Positions 7,966 through 18,224 of a DNA stretch of 64,000 nt are shown here, one piece after another. A program made the translations under genes and the position numbers. Position 1 is the stretch's first letter. Each line of letters begins with the position of its first letter. The notes under the pieces are model-generated. The model was given only the letters and a program-made list of their open reading frames with translations, was not told where the DNA came from and did not search any database. Origin of the DNA: a virus (taxonomy: Duplodnaviria; Caudoviricetes); the IMG/VR virus record IMGVR_UViG_3300035696_003004, positions 1-64,000 of that record; one strand, 5' to 3'.

Positions 7966-9690
7966 ATGATGGAATTCCAGCCCACCTTCGATCAAGCGTA
8001 CGCCTATTACGCCTACCGTTTGCCGTTGCAGCAGCTTCCCAAGCGAGACGCATTGAACGTGCATTGTCCGTTTCACCAGGATGAGCATCCCTCTATGAGC
8101 CTAAACCTGGCCAAGGGGATATGGAACTGCCATAGCTGCAATCGCTCGGGCGGGATGCTGGATTTTGAACGGGAGATGATGCATACCGATGTAGAAACGG
8201 CATGGGCGGAAATCTATCGCATCATTGGCATGGAACCGCCAAAAGTAAATCGCAAGCTTGTTAAGGTTTACGAATATACCGATGTAATTGGCAAGTTGCT
8301 TTACCAAAAATTGCGCTATGAACCAAAAGATTTTAGCCAAAGGCAGCCAGACGGTAAGGGCGGTTGGTGGTACAACCTCCACGGTGCAAAAAAAGTATTG
8401 TATCGGTTGCCAGCAATTATTACTGCCAAAGTTGTGATTTGTGTCGAAGGGGAAAAAGACGCTGACAACCTACAAGCGGCTATCGACGCTGCCGGGATTA
8501 AAGGCTTTGCTGTTACTACCACCTTCGATGGTGCTGGGCATTGGAAGCAAGAATATGCCCCATACTTTACCGGGAAAATGGTTGTTGTTATTCCAGACAA
8601 TGACGCTAAGGGCAAAGCGCACGCGCAAACCATTGCGGCAAGTGTGAATCCGTACGCTGAAAAAGTTAAGTTAGTCGAATTACCTGAGGTACCTGAAAAA
8701 GAAGACATAAGTTGGTGGCTTGAAGCAGGCCACACAATAAAAGAATTGTTTGCATTGCTAAAGAAAACGCCGCTATGGGAACCGGAACATAGCGAGCATG
8801 TGTTGCTTGAAGAAATGCGAGATTTTATTGATCGCGCGCCGCTGGAAATTGATTGGCTAGTCGATGGCGTAATTCCGGTTGGTACGCGCGGCTTGATGGT
8901 GGCAGACGCCAAAAGCGGAAAAACCAGCGTTTCTTTGGATTTAGCGCTGGCCTTGGCATCGGGATCTTCGTGGTTGGGGCATGTTGTTTCTAAACGGCGG
9001 CGAGTAGCGATTATTAGCCGTGAAGATGCGCCGCAAGAAACTGCTCGACGGCTGCGGCTACTTCAGGCTGGCTCAGCGGCGCGCGCCGAATACAACTGGG
9101 GACAAGTCTGGATCAACACTGTGGCGCAAAGTCCGGAATTCCTTTTAAATTCCACCGAAGAAGTCGATGCCCTTATCAAAGAATTGCAAATGGAGCAATT
9201 CGATCTGGCAATTTTCGATGTGTTGCGCGAACTACACACGGGCGATGAAAACGACAACACAATTATGGCTGCGGTATTGGCAACCTTAAAACGCATTCAG
9301 GCGGAAGCGCGTTGCGCAATTTTGCTCCTTCACCATCTTTCAAAACAGCAAAGTTTAAATGTTTTCCGCGACGCCCGCGGTGCGGGGGCAATCCATGGTT
9401 GGACGGAATGGGGCGTGGGATTAACAGTCGAAGACGAAAGTTTGCCACGTCGTGATTGGGTAAGAAAGGCGGATTTTGAACTTAAATATGCTTGTCCCGC
9501 CGATCCGGTGTATTTCCGGTTTGTTGGCGATGATGCGGCTTTAAACATTGAGCTTACGGAACCACCGATTAAGCCGGTTTTGGTGCCGCGCCGAAGTCAA
9601 GTGCGGGCAATGACTAGCTACAACGGATTTGACAACAAAAGCCGCGCATATAAACACGACGATGATGATGATGAAAGTAAAGCCTTATGA
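7966..9690 (+). CDS. primase-helicase (CHC2 zinc finger + Toprim + AAA_25/RepA-like helicase)
   Basis: CPFHQD...CHSC; VEGEKD and PDND (Toprim); ADAKSGKT Walker A; AIFD; LLHH. Confidence 0.9.
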   Translation: MMEFQPTFDQAYAYYAYRLPLQQLPKRDALNVHCPFHQDEHPSMSLNLAKGIWNCHSCNRSGGMLDFEREMMHTDVETAWAEIYRIIGMEPPKVNRKLVKVYEYTDVIGKLLYQKLRYEPKDFSQRQPDGKGGWWYNLHGAKKVLYRLPAIITAKVVICVEGEKDADNLQAAIDAAGIKGFAVTTTFDGAGHWKQEYAPYFTGKMVVVIPDNDAKGKAHAQTIAASVNPYAEKVKLVELPEVPEKEDISWWLEAGHTIKELFALLKKTPLWEPEHSEHVLLEEMRDFIDRAPLEIDWLVDGVIPVGTRGLMVADAKSGKTSVSLDLALALASGSSWLGHVVSKRRRVAIISREDAPQETARRLRLLQAGSAARAEYNWGQVWINTVAQSPEFLLNSTEEVDALIKELQMEQFDLAIFDVLRELHTGDENDNTIMAAVLATLKRIQAEARCAILLLHHLSKQQSLNVFRDARGAGAIHGWTEWGVGLTVEDESLPRRDWVRKADFELKYACPADPVYFRFVGDDAALNIELTEPPIKPVLVPRRSQVRAMTSYNGFDNKSRAYKHDDDDDESKAL

Positions 9691-11129
9691 GTTATCGAAT
9701 TTTGGAGGGCGATGTAATCGAGCAATTGAAAACGTTGGCCGATGCATCGGTTGATTCCATCGTTACGGACCCTCCTTACGGTTTGGAATTTATGGGCAAG
9801 GATTGGGATGCTCCGTGGAAGACAGATCGTCGGCAAGGATTCAACGGTACCATGCAGATGCCAAATAGCCCTTACGGCCGTAGCAAAGTTCGCAATGGGA
9901 GCGGTGCCAGTTATGGTGCCGACGCGCGGGTGATGCAAGCGTTGCAAGAGTGGCATTTTTCTTGGGCCCAAGAGGCGCTGCGCGTGTTGAAGCCAGGCGG
10001 TTATTTGCTGGCTTTTGGCGGGAGCCGAACCTTCCATCGGCTAGCCTGTGCGATTGAAGATGCTGGCTTTGAGATCCGCGACCAAATTCAATGGATCTAT
10101 TCGAGTGGATTCCCGAAATCAGTGAACGTATCAAAGGCAATTGATAAGGCGATGAAGGCGGAGCGCGTTGTTGTTGCGCCAGCTCCTTACAAACGTGGAA
10201 CAGCGACGCAACGATATAGCGAAACAAGAAATGTTAGCTATGATTATCCACCGTTACCTATCACCGCACCGGCGACTGCTTCTGCTAAGCAATGGACTGG
10301 TTGGGGTACTGCGCTAAAGCCAGCCCATGAAACAATTGTGGTGGCGCGTAAGCCGCTTGAAGGAACTGTAGCGGCGAATGTATTGAAGTACGGCACGGGA
10401 GCACTAAACATCGATGTTTGCCGAATTTCAAGCGAAGGTGGTACCCAGCGTAAAAACGAAGCTTCACAGAATCGGCGGTATAGCGGTAGCGGAAGTACAA
10501 GTTTTTCTTTAAAGCCTGGTCCACGTGGAGGAGACCCACTTGGTCGCTGGCCAGCCAACGTGATTCATGATGGCAGTGAAGAAGTAGTCAATCTGTTTCC
10601 GCAAACAACAAGCGGAATGATGAAGGCCGGAACGGTTCGTGCGGCTCAGGATGAACCGGGAAGTGTCTGCTTTGGAGTTTATGGCGGGAATGCGACAAGC
10701 GTAGACACCTATGGAGATTCGGGAAGTGCTGCACGGTTTTTTTATTGCGCTAAAGTGAGCCGAGAAGAGCGCAACAAAGGATGCGAAGGGCTTAATAAAA
10801 AGCCGATGTTATGGTCGGCGGGCACGCAGTCGCCTGGTACGTTTCAAAGCAAAGGAACAGATCGTAGCGCGAATAATGCACATCCCACAGTAAAGCCTTT
10901 AGCTTTGATGACTTATCTCTGCCGATTGGTTACGCCGCCTAAAGGCACAGTTCTTGATTTGTTTATGGGTTCGGGGAGTACAGGAATTGCGGCTTTGCGG
11001 GAAGGATTCGATTTTATTGGTATTGAATTGAATCCTGAATATGTAAAGATCGCGCGACTGCGAATCGAAGCGGATGCGCCATTGTTTAATGCGGCGCAAG
11101 AAGAGGGGGCACATGACCAAATTAATTGA
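9687..11129 (+). CDS. N4/N6 DNA methyltransferase (beta class)
   Basis: DPPY catalytic motif; HPTVKP; VLDLFMGSGSTG SAM-binding motif. Confidence 0.92.
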   Translation: MSYRILEGDVIEQLKTLADASVDSIVTDPPYGLEFMGKDWDAPWKTDRRQGFNGTMQMPNSPYGRSKVRNGSGASYGADARVMQALQEWHFSWAQEALRVLKPGGYLLAFGGSRTFHRLACAIEDAGFEIRDQIQWIYSSGFPKSVNVSKAIDKAMKAERVVVAPAPYKRGTATQRYSETRNVSYDYPPLPITAPATASAKQWTGWGTALKPAHETIVVARKPLEGTVAANVLKYGTGALNIDVCRISSEGGTQRKNEASQNRRYSGSGSTSFSLKPGPRGGDPLGRWPANVIHDGSEEVVNLFPQTTSGMMKAGTVRAAQDEPGSVCFGVYGGNATSVDTYGDSGSAARFFYCAKVSREERNKGCEGLNKKPMLWSAGTQSPGTFQSKGTDRSANNAHPTVKPLALMTYLCRLVTPPKGTVLDLFMGSGSTGIAALREGFDFIGIELNPEYVKIARLRIEADAPLFNAAQEEGAHDQIN

Positions 11130-11349
11130 AAAAAATGCTTTGTTGTTGGCGGACAAACCAAGCGCAGAGGAAATTGTGCCAGAGTTAATAAAAATTGAAA
11201 CCGGCGATTCAATTTTTATTCCTAACGTAGACAACAGCGGATTTCCGCCGGTATCAAGTATTGCCGTTTATAAGTATGGCCTTAAAAGCGGCAAAGAGTT
11301 TATGGCGGAATACGATGATTGGGGGTTACGCGTATGGCGGACGAAGTAG
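11113..11349 (+). CDS. hypothetical protein
   Basis: RBS GAGGGG; ends GLRVWRTK. Confidence 0.6.
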   Translation: MTKLIEKNALLLADKPSAEEIVPELIKIETGDSIFIPNVDNSGFPPVSSIAVYKYGLKSGKEFMAEYDDWGLRVWRTK

Positions 11350-11576
11350 TTGACGAAATAACAAACGAGGATGCATGCAGTCGGATTGCCTATCTCATTC
11401 TCGAAGAAGTTCCACATATTGCCAAGCTGCTGGTATTGATTGCCAGGCAAGATGGGACAGCACGTTCAATCGATAACGGTTTAAGCGCCGATGAAGCGAA
11501 GGCGCTGGTTATGAGTTTCCATTCTTGGACAGATCAATGCATTGGAAGAAATAAGGAAAAAGCGAAAGGTAGGTGA
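11319..11576 (+). CDS. hypothetical protein
   Basis: co-oriented ORF in a tightly packed operon; start uncertain. Confidence 0.5.
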   Translation: MGVTRMADEVVDEITNEDACSRIAYLILEEVPHIAKLLVLIARQDGTARSIDNGLSADEAKALVMSFHSWTDQCIGRNKEKAKGR

Positions 11577-11579
11577 AAC

Positions 11580-12365
11580 ATGGCAAGCGCAGATCAAGCA
11601 TTGCTAATCGCTGAAACAATTGAGCCTTCAACAAAATTTTTGTCTATCAACGCGGATTTAGAAAAACGCGTGCAAGAAAGCGATCATTGCATCCGACAAG
11701 CTTGGGTCAAGATGAGTAAGCGGTCAATGGAAATTGGCTGGGAAGGAGCTTTTTTGCGCTCAACAAATGCATGGCAAATTCTTGGATACGACACTGAAAA
11801 AAGTTATCGCGCGGCTGTTGGGATTGGCCGCTCAACTTGGTACAAAATGGTTGATTTGGCGGAACGATTTCAACATTTAACCAAAGAACAGTTTATTTCA
11901 ATGTCTATCGAGAATGCCGAGCAATTGGCGGCGGCACCTTTGGAAACGCGTAAAGACGTGGCAATGGTAAAAGCTGCGTCGGCGATGACTGTACATGATT
12001 TTGAAAGTGTGCTTGTATTGGAAACCGCCACACGGGAAAATAAGCCAGTCGGCGAGGTCTATGTTTTGATGAAATGGCGCGTAAAGGAAGCGCAGCGGGA
12101 AGTAATTCAACGCGGGCTAAAAGATTGGCAAGAAGAGCATGGAATTGACGATGAAGGATACGCGCTCGAGCTAATGGTAGCCGAATTCCGTGATCGTCCA
12201 ACCTTGATTGGTTTTTTAACTCAATCGATCCCTATGTTAACTCGTGAAGTAATGCAAGCGGAGAGGGTTGAAGACATAGAAGGACTCCGTAAAGTAATTG
12301 CGGCGCATATTCACGATATGGGAGAAATTTTAAAACTTTGCTGCGGCGAAAATTTAACTAACTAA
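11580..12365 (+). CDS. hypothetical protein
   Basis: 261 aa; RBS AGGTGA. Confidence 0.7.
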   Translation: MASADQALLIAETIEPSTKFLSINADLEKRVQESDHCIRQAWVKMSKRSMEIGWEGAFLRSTNAWQILGYDTEKSYRAAVGIGRSTWYKMVDLAERFQHLTKEQFISMSIENAEQLAAAPLETRKDVAMVKAASAMTVHDFESVLVLETATRENKPVGEVYVLMKWRVKEAQREVIQRGLKDWQEEHGIDDEGYALELMVAEFRDRPTLIGFLTQSIPMLTREVMQAERVEDIEGLRKVIAAHIHDMGEILKLCCGENLTN

Positions 12366-12378
12366 TAAAGGAGCATGA

Positions 12379-12627
12379 ATGTCTTTACCGGCAAATGCAG
12401 AGGAAATGTGGAAGCATGGGTACCGTTTTTTAAACCATGATAAATGCGAGATTTGCCATCAATCGATTGAATTGTGGCTTAATCCACAAGGCCGAAGCAT
12501 CATAACGAATCCCATGCCCAATAAAAATTCTTCGGTTCAGTTGCATGCGGTGAATTGCAGCAATTATAAACCGACAAAAGAGCAGCGCAATGAAAAGCAA
12601 TCTGAAGCCGGCGATTCGCGTTCTTAA
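12379..12627 (+). CDS. small Cys/His protein
   Basis: CEIC...H..NC; RBS AAGGAG. Confidence 0.6.
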   Translation: MSLPANAEEMWKHGYRFLNHDKCEICHQSIELWLNPQGRSIITNPMPNKNSSVQLHAVNCSNYKPTKEQRNEKQSEAGDSRS

Positions 12628-12952
12628 AGACGGTAGAGAAATTTGTAACATGCTGACCACGGAAGGCCGGAACGAATATCTGCGGCGTATTCGCGTTATG
12701 TGGGAAAGACAAGGCCGTCGTTGTTGCTTGGAGAAATACGTGAAAGAGTGTCCTGGCAAGTTGCGGCTAGCCGACGCGACTTTCGAGCATCAAGATGGAC
12801 GTGGTTATGATGGTGGCCATCGAGACGATAGGATTGAGCGCTTAAACCGTAAAACTGGGAAAATGGAGTTGTATAACGGCGCGGCGCATTATGTATGTAA
12901 CTCCCGTAAAGGTAGCGTACGGATCGATTACCACAAGGAGCTATCGCAATGA
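12590..12952 (+). CDS. HNH-like endonuclease
   Basis: CC...C, TFEH...GG...NGAAHYVCNSRKG. Confidence 0.6.
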   Translation: MKSNLKPAIRVLKDGREICNMLTTEGRNEYLRRIRVMWERQGRRCCLEKYVKECPGKLRLADATFEHQDGRGYDGGHRDDRIERLNRKTGKMELYNGAAHYVCNSRKGSVRIDYHKELSQ

Positions 12953-13149
12953 TTCGGAACATAAGCGATAAATTTGAAAAAAGGAAATTGATCCAGGAGC
13001 AAACCGCACGTTTAGAAATGGACCGCGAATTCTGGTCGGACTGTCTTACTTGCCAGATTGAGGGCTCCGTAAATAACGATGAGGCAGCAAAAGCAGTTCA
13101 AATAGCTGATTTGTTGCTGGAAGCACGGCGAGAGCGGTTTCCGTTATGA
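12949..13149 (+). CDS. hypothetical protein
   Basis: ATGA overlap; RBS AAGGAG. Confidence 0.55.
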   Translation: MIRNISDKFEKRKLIQEQTARLEMDREFWSDCLTCQIEGSVNNDEAAKAVQIADLLLEARRERFPL

Positions 13150-13361
13150 CAATTCGGAGGGCGTATCTTTGTTCGATTTGTAATGTAGAGCGCAAAGAAA
13201 CCAATCGATGGTTTGTTGCCGTGGAGTCATTGTACGATTTAAAAATTATGCGATGGAAAGATGCCAGTGGGGAAATACTAAATGCCACGACAACGCAGCA
13301 TCTTTGTGGCCAAGCGTGCACGCATAAGTTAGTTGATCGATTTTTAGCCAAAAACCCATAA
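13146..13361 (+). CDS. small zinc-binding protein
   Basis: CSIC...HLCGQAC. Confidence 0.6.
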   Translation: MTIRRAYLCSICNVERKETNRWFVAVESLYDLKIMRWKDASGEILNATTTQHLCGQACTHKLVDRFLAKNP

Positions 13362-13376
13362 CAAAAAGGAGCCAAA

Positions 13377-13598
13377 ATGGCAAAAGGAAAGTTGTTTGAA
13401 TATGCGGTGTTGTACCATCCAAAGTCTAAAAAAGATTTGGCGGGCAACGAAGAAGTTACAAAGTCAATAATTCTTACCGATGTTACGCGGCAGTTAGCGG
13501 CTACGCCAGATGAAGTATCGATTCTTGCCGCGCGATCAATACCACCTGAATATCTTGACAAGTTGGAGCAAGTTGAAATTGTTGTACGACCTTTTTAG
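13377..13598 (+). CDS. hypothetical protein
   Basis: RBS AAGGAG; 73 aa. Confidence 0.7.
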   Translation: MAKGKLFEYAVLYHPKSKKDLAGNEEVTKSIILTDVTRQLAATPDEVSILAARSIPPEYLDKLEQVEIVVRPF

Positions 13599-13606
13599 TC
13601 CCCTTA

Positions 13607-13876
13607 ATGAAAAAGAACCGATCATTAGGGGCAACAACTTTAGCTCTTGCTAGTCTTGAAGATGAGTGCCAAACTAAGGAAGAGCGAGGTTCAGACATAA
13701 TAACAAGTGCGGTGTATAACCCACCAGCGGGAATTAACCCTTGGGCATTTGTGAGCCCTAGCCCAGAGTTAAGAAATAGCGGGCTAAGCAATATGAACTA
13801 TACGGTTTCAAATGCGATTCCCGCAACGGTTTACAGCGCGGCGCAAGTTGCACAACCCATGACTGGCGGCTTATAA
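13607..13876 (+). CDS. hypothetical protein
   Basis: co-oriented ORF; start uncertain. Confidence 0.4.
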   Translation: MKKNRSLGATTLALASLEDECQTKEERGSDIITSAVYNPPAGINPWAFVSPSPELRNSGLSNMNYTVSNAIPATVYSAAQVAQPMTGGL

Positions 13877-13903
13877 GCCAGCTTTTTAAATCGTGAGGAT
13901 ATT

Positions 13904-14455
13904 ATGAACAGACGATCATTTTTGCAAGCAGCTACGGTTGGCGGATGTGGCATTGCTTTTGTTCCGCTGGCTGGGATTGAAGGATGCACGATAACCGCTT
14001 CAACGCTAAAAAGCTATCTTAATACCGTGCTGCAAAGTGCGGAAAACATTTTAGCGTTGTCCTCGTCATCAGATAGTTGGTATACCACGTTATCGAACGC
14101 AATCAAGGCGCTCGAAGCGACGGAAAGTAATTGGAATGGTTCGACTGCTGTGAGCGTTGTTGTTAGTGCTTTGGATACGTTAGAAGCTGTTTTAGCGGTT
14201 ATTCCGGTTACTGCAGCGTATTCTTCGCTGATCGATATATTGGTGAGCGCTATCGAAGTGATTTTGACGACCTTCGTTAAGTCGAGTATTGCGGCGTTAC
14301 CGGTGGAAATGAAGGCTTTAACAAGTGCGAATTCGCACAGAGGCCGTGTGCCTTTGCAAAATCCGCATTTTATGCAAAGTAAAGTTGGAGCGTATAAGCA
14401 GCAGTGGAATGAAGTTGTCAAGGGTATTGGGCTGGATAAGAAGTATCAGCTCTAA
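13904..14455 (+). CDS. putative Tat-exported lipoprotein
   Basis: MNRRSFL twin-arginine motif, hydrophobic stretch, IEGC lipobox-like Cys. Confidence 0.65.
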   Translation: MNRRSFLQAATVGGCGIAFVPLAGIEGCTITASTLKSYLNTVLQSAENILALSSSSDSWYTTLSNAIKALEATESNWNGSTAVSVVVSALDTLEAVLAVIPVTAAYSSLIDILVSAIEVILTTFVKSSIAALPVEMKALTSANSHRGRVPLQNPHFMQSKVGAYKQQWNEVVKGIGLDKKYQL

Positions 14456-14533
14456 CGGGTGCGTCGGGCCTTCGGTTTTTTTATACAAAGTTTTGGGACA
14501 CCGAAGGCCTGGCGTAGGACTATGGAGGATATA

Positions 14534-15388
14534 ATGGGAAACGTTTTTTTGACGCTATCACCGAAAGGACGGAGATACGGGCTATATCGTGACAACATCT
14601 TTTCGCCAAGTAGAGAGTTGCTGGCGCTGCATGTGCCTGCGCAATTGCAATTACCACCTAAAGCCCAGACCTCGCAATGGATGGGCAAGATCCGCGATCA
14701 GGGGCAAGAAGGAAGCTGTTCTGGTCAGCTAGGCGCCGAGTATCGTGACGCGCTTTACAGAAAACTTTATTTGTTTGAAAAAGAGAAAGATGTAGCTCCC
14801 ACCGATTTTATGGCATCGGCAGCCTTTGTTTATTTGTGTAATTTGATTGCCAGCGGCGATTTAGGCCAGGATGTAGGCTCAACGATTCATCAAACTTTTA
14901 TTACGCTAAATCAAAAAGGCGCTTGTTTAAACACGAAGGAACCATACTCGGATACCAATTATGCGACACCGCCAAGTGACGAGCAATACTTAGAAGCGCT
15001 GATGTACAAAGGAGGTGCCTATCATTTTTTAGGCTCGTTAGAGGAGATTAAAGCGTCGATTGCTTCTGGTTATTCGGTGGGTTTTGGTATTGATGTGTAC
15101 GAAAGCTTTGAAGGGGAGCAATTGGCGAAGACGGGCTTTATGCCGCTGCCAAAAGCGAATGAACAATTGCTTGGTAGCCATGCACAACATGCGATGGACT
15201 ACGACGATGAAATCAAGTTTTCTGATGGAATCGAAGGTGGAGTTTTTATTCAAAATTCGTGGGGTAGCAATTGGGGGATCTCGGCGTCCGGGCGCTCGGA
15301 TCGCGGTTGCTATTGGATGCCATACGCTTATTTTGACGAGCATGTGCACGATGCTTGGATGATGCACTTGGGGGCAGCGTGGAATTAA
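14534..15388 (+). CDS. papain-like C1 cysteine peptidase
   Basis: DQGQEGSC (Q and C), SHA (H), QNSWG..WG (N). Confidence 0.85.
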   Translation: MGNVFLTLSPKGRRYGLYRDNIFSPSRELLALHVPAQLQLPPKAQTSQWMGKIRDQGQEGSCSGQLGAEYRDALYRKLYLFEKEKDVAPTDFMASAAFVYLCNLIASGDLGQDVGSTIHQTFITLNQKGACLNTKEPYSDTNYATPPSDEQYLEALMYKGGAYHFLGSLEEIKASIASGYSVGFGIDVYESFEGEQLAKTGFMPLPKANEQLLGSHAQHAMDYDDEIKFSDGIEGGVFIQNSWGSNWGISASGRSDRGCYWMPYAYFDEHVHDAWMMHLGAAWN

Positions 15389-15458
15389 ACAGTCGGAAGT
15401 ATTTCTTTTTGCTCTATAGAAACCGGTTTGTTATACTTTAAAAAGAAAGGATTATGCC

Positions 15459-15851
15459 ATGTTTTGCAAAATTCATCACGATGTGCAGCTTATTTGTCCC
15501 AAATGCATGGGTGCCCAAGGTGGCAGGATTGGCGGCAAGTCAACGTCAGAGGCTAAAAAACGGTCTTCGCAGCAAAATGCTTATAAAGCGTATCTAACAC
15601 GTTTTGAGAAAATGCAGCATAGTTCTAACCCAGTTCCCTTTGATCGGGCGGCGATTTGGGGAAAAGACGATGCATTGGCTTATATTCGGCAGCATTCGGA
15701 AGAGGATGTGACTTCCGAGCTTCTTGTGAAGGCGGCATCCAAGCGAAAAAAAGCCAGTGCGCAGCGATATGCGTCTCAACGTCTTTCCTTGTTATGTAAA
15801 AAAGGCATTATCAAAAAGGTAAGCCGCGGTGTTTACCGACTGAATGCCTAG
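15459..15851 (+). CDS. putative DNA-binding protein
   Basis: CPKC, GGKSTSEAK motif, C-terminal winged-helix-like IKKVSRGVY; TTGCTC-17-TATACT promoter upstream. Confidence 0.55.
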   Translation: MFCKIHHDVQLICPKCMGAQGGRIGGKSTSEAKKRSSQQNAYKAYLTRFEKMQHSSNPVPFDRAAIWGKDDALAYIRQHSEEDVTSELLVKAASKRKKASAQRYASQRLSLLCKKGIIKKVSRGVYRLNA

Positions 15852-15992
15852 TCAGGGTTGCCGAACAGACGCGCGCAAATTTTTCTGGACAAAAAGGTGA
15901 AAAAGTGGATAGAGTGTTTCTGTATTAGAACCCTTTTTGATCCAACGCCTCTACTTGCTGTAAAGGCAAAGGGGGAGGAAAGGTGATGTATC

Positions 15993-17186
15993 ATGCGTAA
16001 TACGACGATGCGTGATAAATTGTCTGCCGTGCTGGGGGGCTCGATTCCGGTACCCATGACAGGAGCTAAAGCGCGGCGACTGGTGTCCGCGGAATTGGCA
16101 ACAAAACACCATAAAAAGCGCCCTTACATGGCTGATCGAAGGCCAGTTGAGTTTAATATTGAGGCTAGAGCTGAACCTGAGACTCAAGCTCTTCGCTACA
16201 TAATACCGCCCAAAAAAAGAAAGCCTTTTGCGGTTCATGTATATCCAATTTCCCCTGTTCAACCAGAAATTCAGACACTAGATGAACCGCTTGTTGAGGA
16301 AACGCCTCCTGTTGAGGTGGTGAAAGAGCCACCAAAGATGGAAGAAGAAGTCTCGCGGCAGTTCGTTGCCGCTTGGCATCGCGCGGAGCCAATAGCGGTT
16401 GTTGCGCCGGTGCCGGTATCCAAGCCGGAGTTAGCGCCTGAAACGCAAGTTGTTGTCAAGGAAGAACTTAACCTGAATCAGCAAAACGCAATCGAGTCGC
16501 AAATTGCGTTGGAGCCGCAACCTTTAATTTCTTCTTCAAGTGAGACAGAGGTCATTTCAGCATCTGTTGTCCCTGATGAACAAGCTCCTACGAAACCGCC
16601 TCAAGTTGCTGGCTCATTACCGCCAAATTTAAATTGGTTAGAAAAGCAAACGCCATTTGCGCCAGATCTCAAGGGGATAGTGGATCGGGTACGTGACGCA
16701 AAGACGCGAATTGCTTTTACAATGGAGCAATTGCGGCATCGGGAAGAGGAAATCAAAAAACAATGTGAGAAGGCGCGCGCCGATTTGGATAGCGTTCAAT
16801 TCCAGATAGAGCAACAGCGCGACTATACCCGTCAATTGGATGACATGATCGCTGCTTGTGCGATTGTTGCCAAACAAAGTGCGGCGATAGACCCCGGTTT
16901 GTTTTCGCGCATGGTGACTAAGCAAATGAATAAAATCCATACGGTGACTACTCATACAGCCCGTTGGTCTGGCGATCCGTCATTTTGTCACCGTAAGGAT
17001 GTTTTGGCGCTCTTGAAGACAAGTCCAAACGAAGAATGGAATGCTGACAAAGTGCGCAAGGGATTGCCAGCGATTATGCAGACTCATGCACACAAAGTTG
17101 TGCCAGGGATTCTAGCTAATCTTACGAATGAAGGCATTCTGCAACGAGTTAGTGTTGGTTTCTACTGTCTGGCTAAGACAAACTAG
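15993..17186 (+). CDS. hypothetical protein (P/E-rich linker, coiled coil, winged-helix-like C-terminus)
   Basis: 397 aa; ends LQRVSVGFYCL. Confidence 0.6.
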   Translation: MRNTTMRDKLSAVLGGSIPVPMTGAKARRLVSAELATKHHKKRPYMADRRPVEFNIEARAEPETQALRYIIPPKKRKPFAVHVYPISPVQPEIQTLDEPLVEETPPVEVVKEPPKMEEEVSRQFVAAWHRAEPIAVVAPVPVSKPELAPETQVVVKEELNLNQQNAIESQIALEPQPLISSSSETEVISASVVPDEQAPTKPPQVAGSLPPNLNWLEKQTPFAPDLKGIVDRVRDAKTRIAFTMEQLRHREEEIKKQCEKARADLDSVQFQIEQQRDYTRQLDDMIAACAIVAKQSAAIDPGLFSRMVTKQMNKIHTVTTHTARWSGDPSFCHRKDVLALLKTSPNEEWNADKVRKGLPAIMQTHAHKVVPGILANLTNEGILQRVSVGFYCLAKTN

Positions 17187-17802
17187 CTTCAGGCTGCTTA
17201 GTATTTGCTTCAAAATAGCGCCAAATGGTAGTTTTGGAAACTCCGCACATGGAAGCTATTTTTTGGTAAGTTTTGCCTTGCGTGCGAAGTTGCCGGGCAA
17301 GTTTTTTATCGAATTTGGCTGGCGGAGCGCCTGGTCCTAAATATCCTTTAGGCCCTCGTGTACCTTTGACTTTTTGGTTTTGAAGTCCTCGCCTTGTGCG
17401 CTCGGAAATATAAACACGCTCCTGGTTAACAAAGGTGTTTAAAAGCGAGGTCACAATGGTGCTTGATTCGAGATAGGGATCGTTTAAAGAGTAAAATTTT
17501 ATGTTCCACAAGCATAATTGGTGTAAAAGCTTGATTGTAGGCAAGATGCTTTGGCGCGAAAGGTGATTGAGTGACCCAAAAAGGAGTATATCAAATTTAT
17601 TTTTTTGGGCATCGATAAGCATTTTGTGAAATGTGGTTTTGTATGTATTTGGTGCCCCTTTTTGACTTTGCTTTTTCGCAATGTAAATCCTTGTTATGGT
17701 CCACTTTTTTTGTTTAGCGAAGGTCCGCAATGCGGCGAGTTGATTGGTACTTTGTTGCCGGTGTTGAGGCTCCTCGACGTACAAGTAAATAGCTGTACGC
17801 AT
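17173..17802 (-). CDS. serine resolvase/invertase homolog lacking the catalytic Ser
   Basis: Resolvase fold (FDILL..L.HLSR, ERVYISERTRRGL, C-terminal HTH) but IYLYVE replaces YxRVS; RBS AAGGAG. Confidence 0.8.
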   Translation of the reverse strand: MRTAIYLYVEEPQHRQQSTNQLAALRTFAKQKKWTITRIYIAKKQSQKGAPNTYKTTFHKMLIDAQKNKFDILLFGSLNHLSRQSILPTIKLLHQLCLWNIKFYSLNDPYLESSTIVTSLLNTFVNQERVYISERTRRGLQNQKVKGTRGPKGYLGPGAPPAKFDKKLARQLRTQGKTYQKIASMCGVSKTTIWRYFEANTKQPEASLS

Positions 17803-17868
17803 AGGTACTCCTTTCTGGCACAGTGTACCATATAAACGGGCTAAAAATACCCGATAGTTTGGGATTTT

Positions 17869-18132
17869 GTGCCCGAGCGTGCGAAAATTGGAGCGATGAT
17901 AATACCTGGAAAAATTTGCGTTTGCGATGTATGCGGGGAACGTTGGGTATTTGATCCAACGATTTCTTTACGTGATCGCTGTAAAAATCGAAATTGTCGT
18001 TCTCGAAAATGGAATTCAGGTGGGAAGGATCGGCGATTTCTTAGCACAACTGGTCAACGTGTCGTAGTTTCATGTGATGAGTCTACATCTTTGCCGAAGC
18101 TACAGGAGAAAGGGGGAATCGGCAATGACTGA
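17869..18132 (+). CDS. small zinc-ribbon protein
   Basis: CDVC..W...CKNRNCRSRKWN. Confidence 0.6.
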   Translation: MPERAKIGAMIIPGKICVCDVCGERWVFDPTISLRDRCKNRNCRSRKWNSGGKDRRFLSTTGQRVVVSCDESTSLPKLQEKGGIGND

Positions 18133-18224
18133 GTTTTTGTTTTAAATGGGTCATGCGCGCAAATTATTTTGTGCATTGCAGTTCAAATAGGGTATTGTAG
18201 CTAAATGGTAGGGAGGACTTTGTT

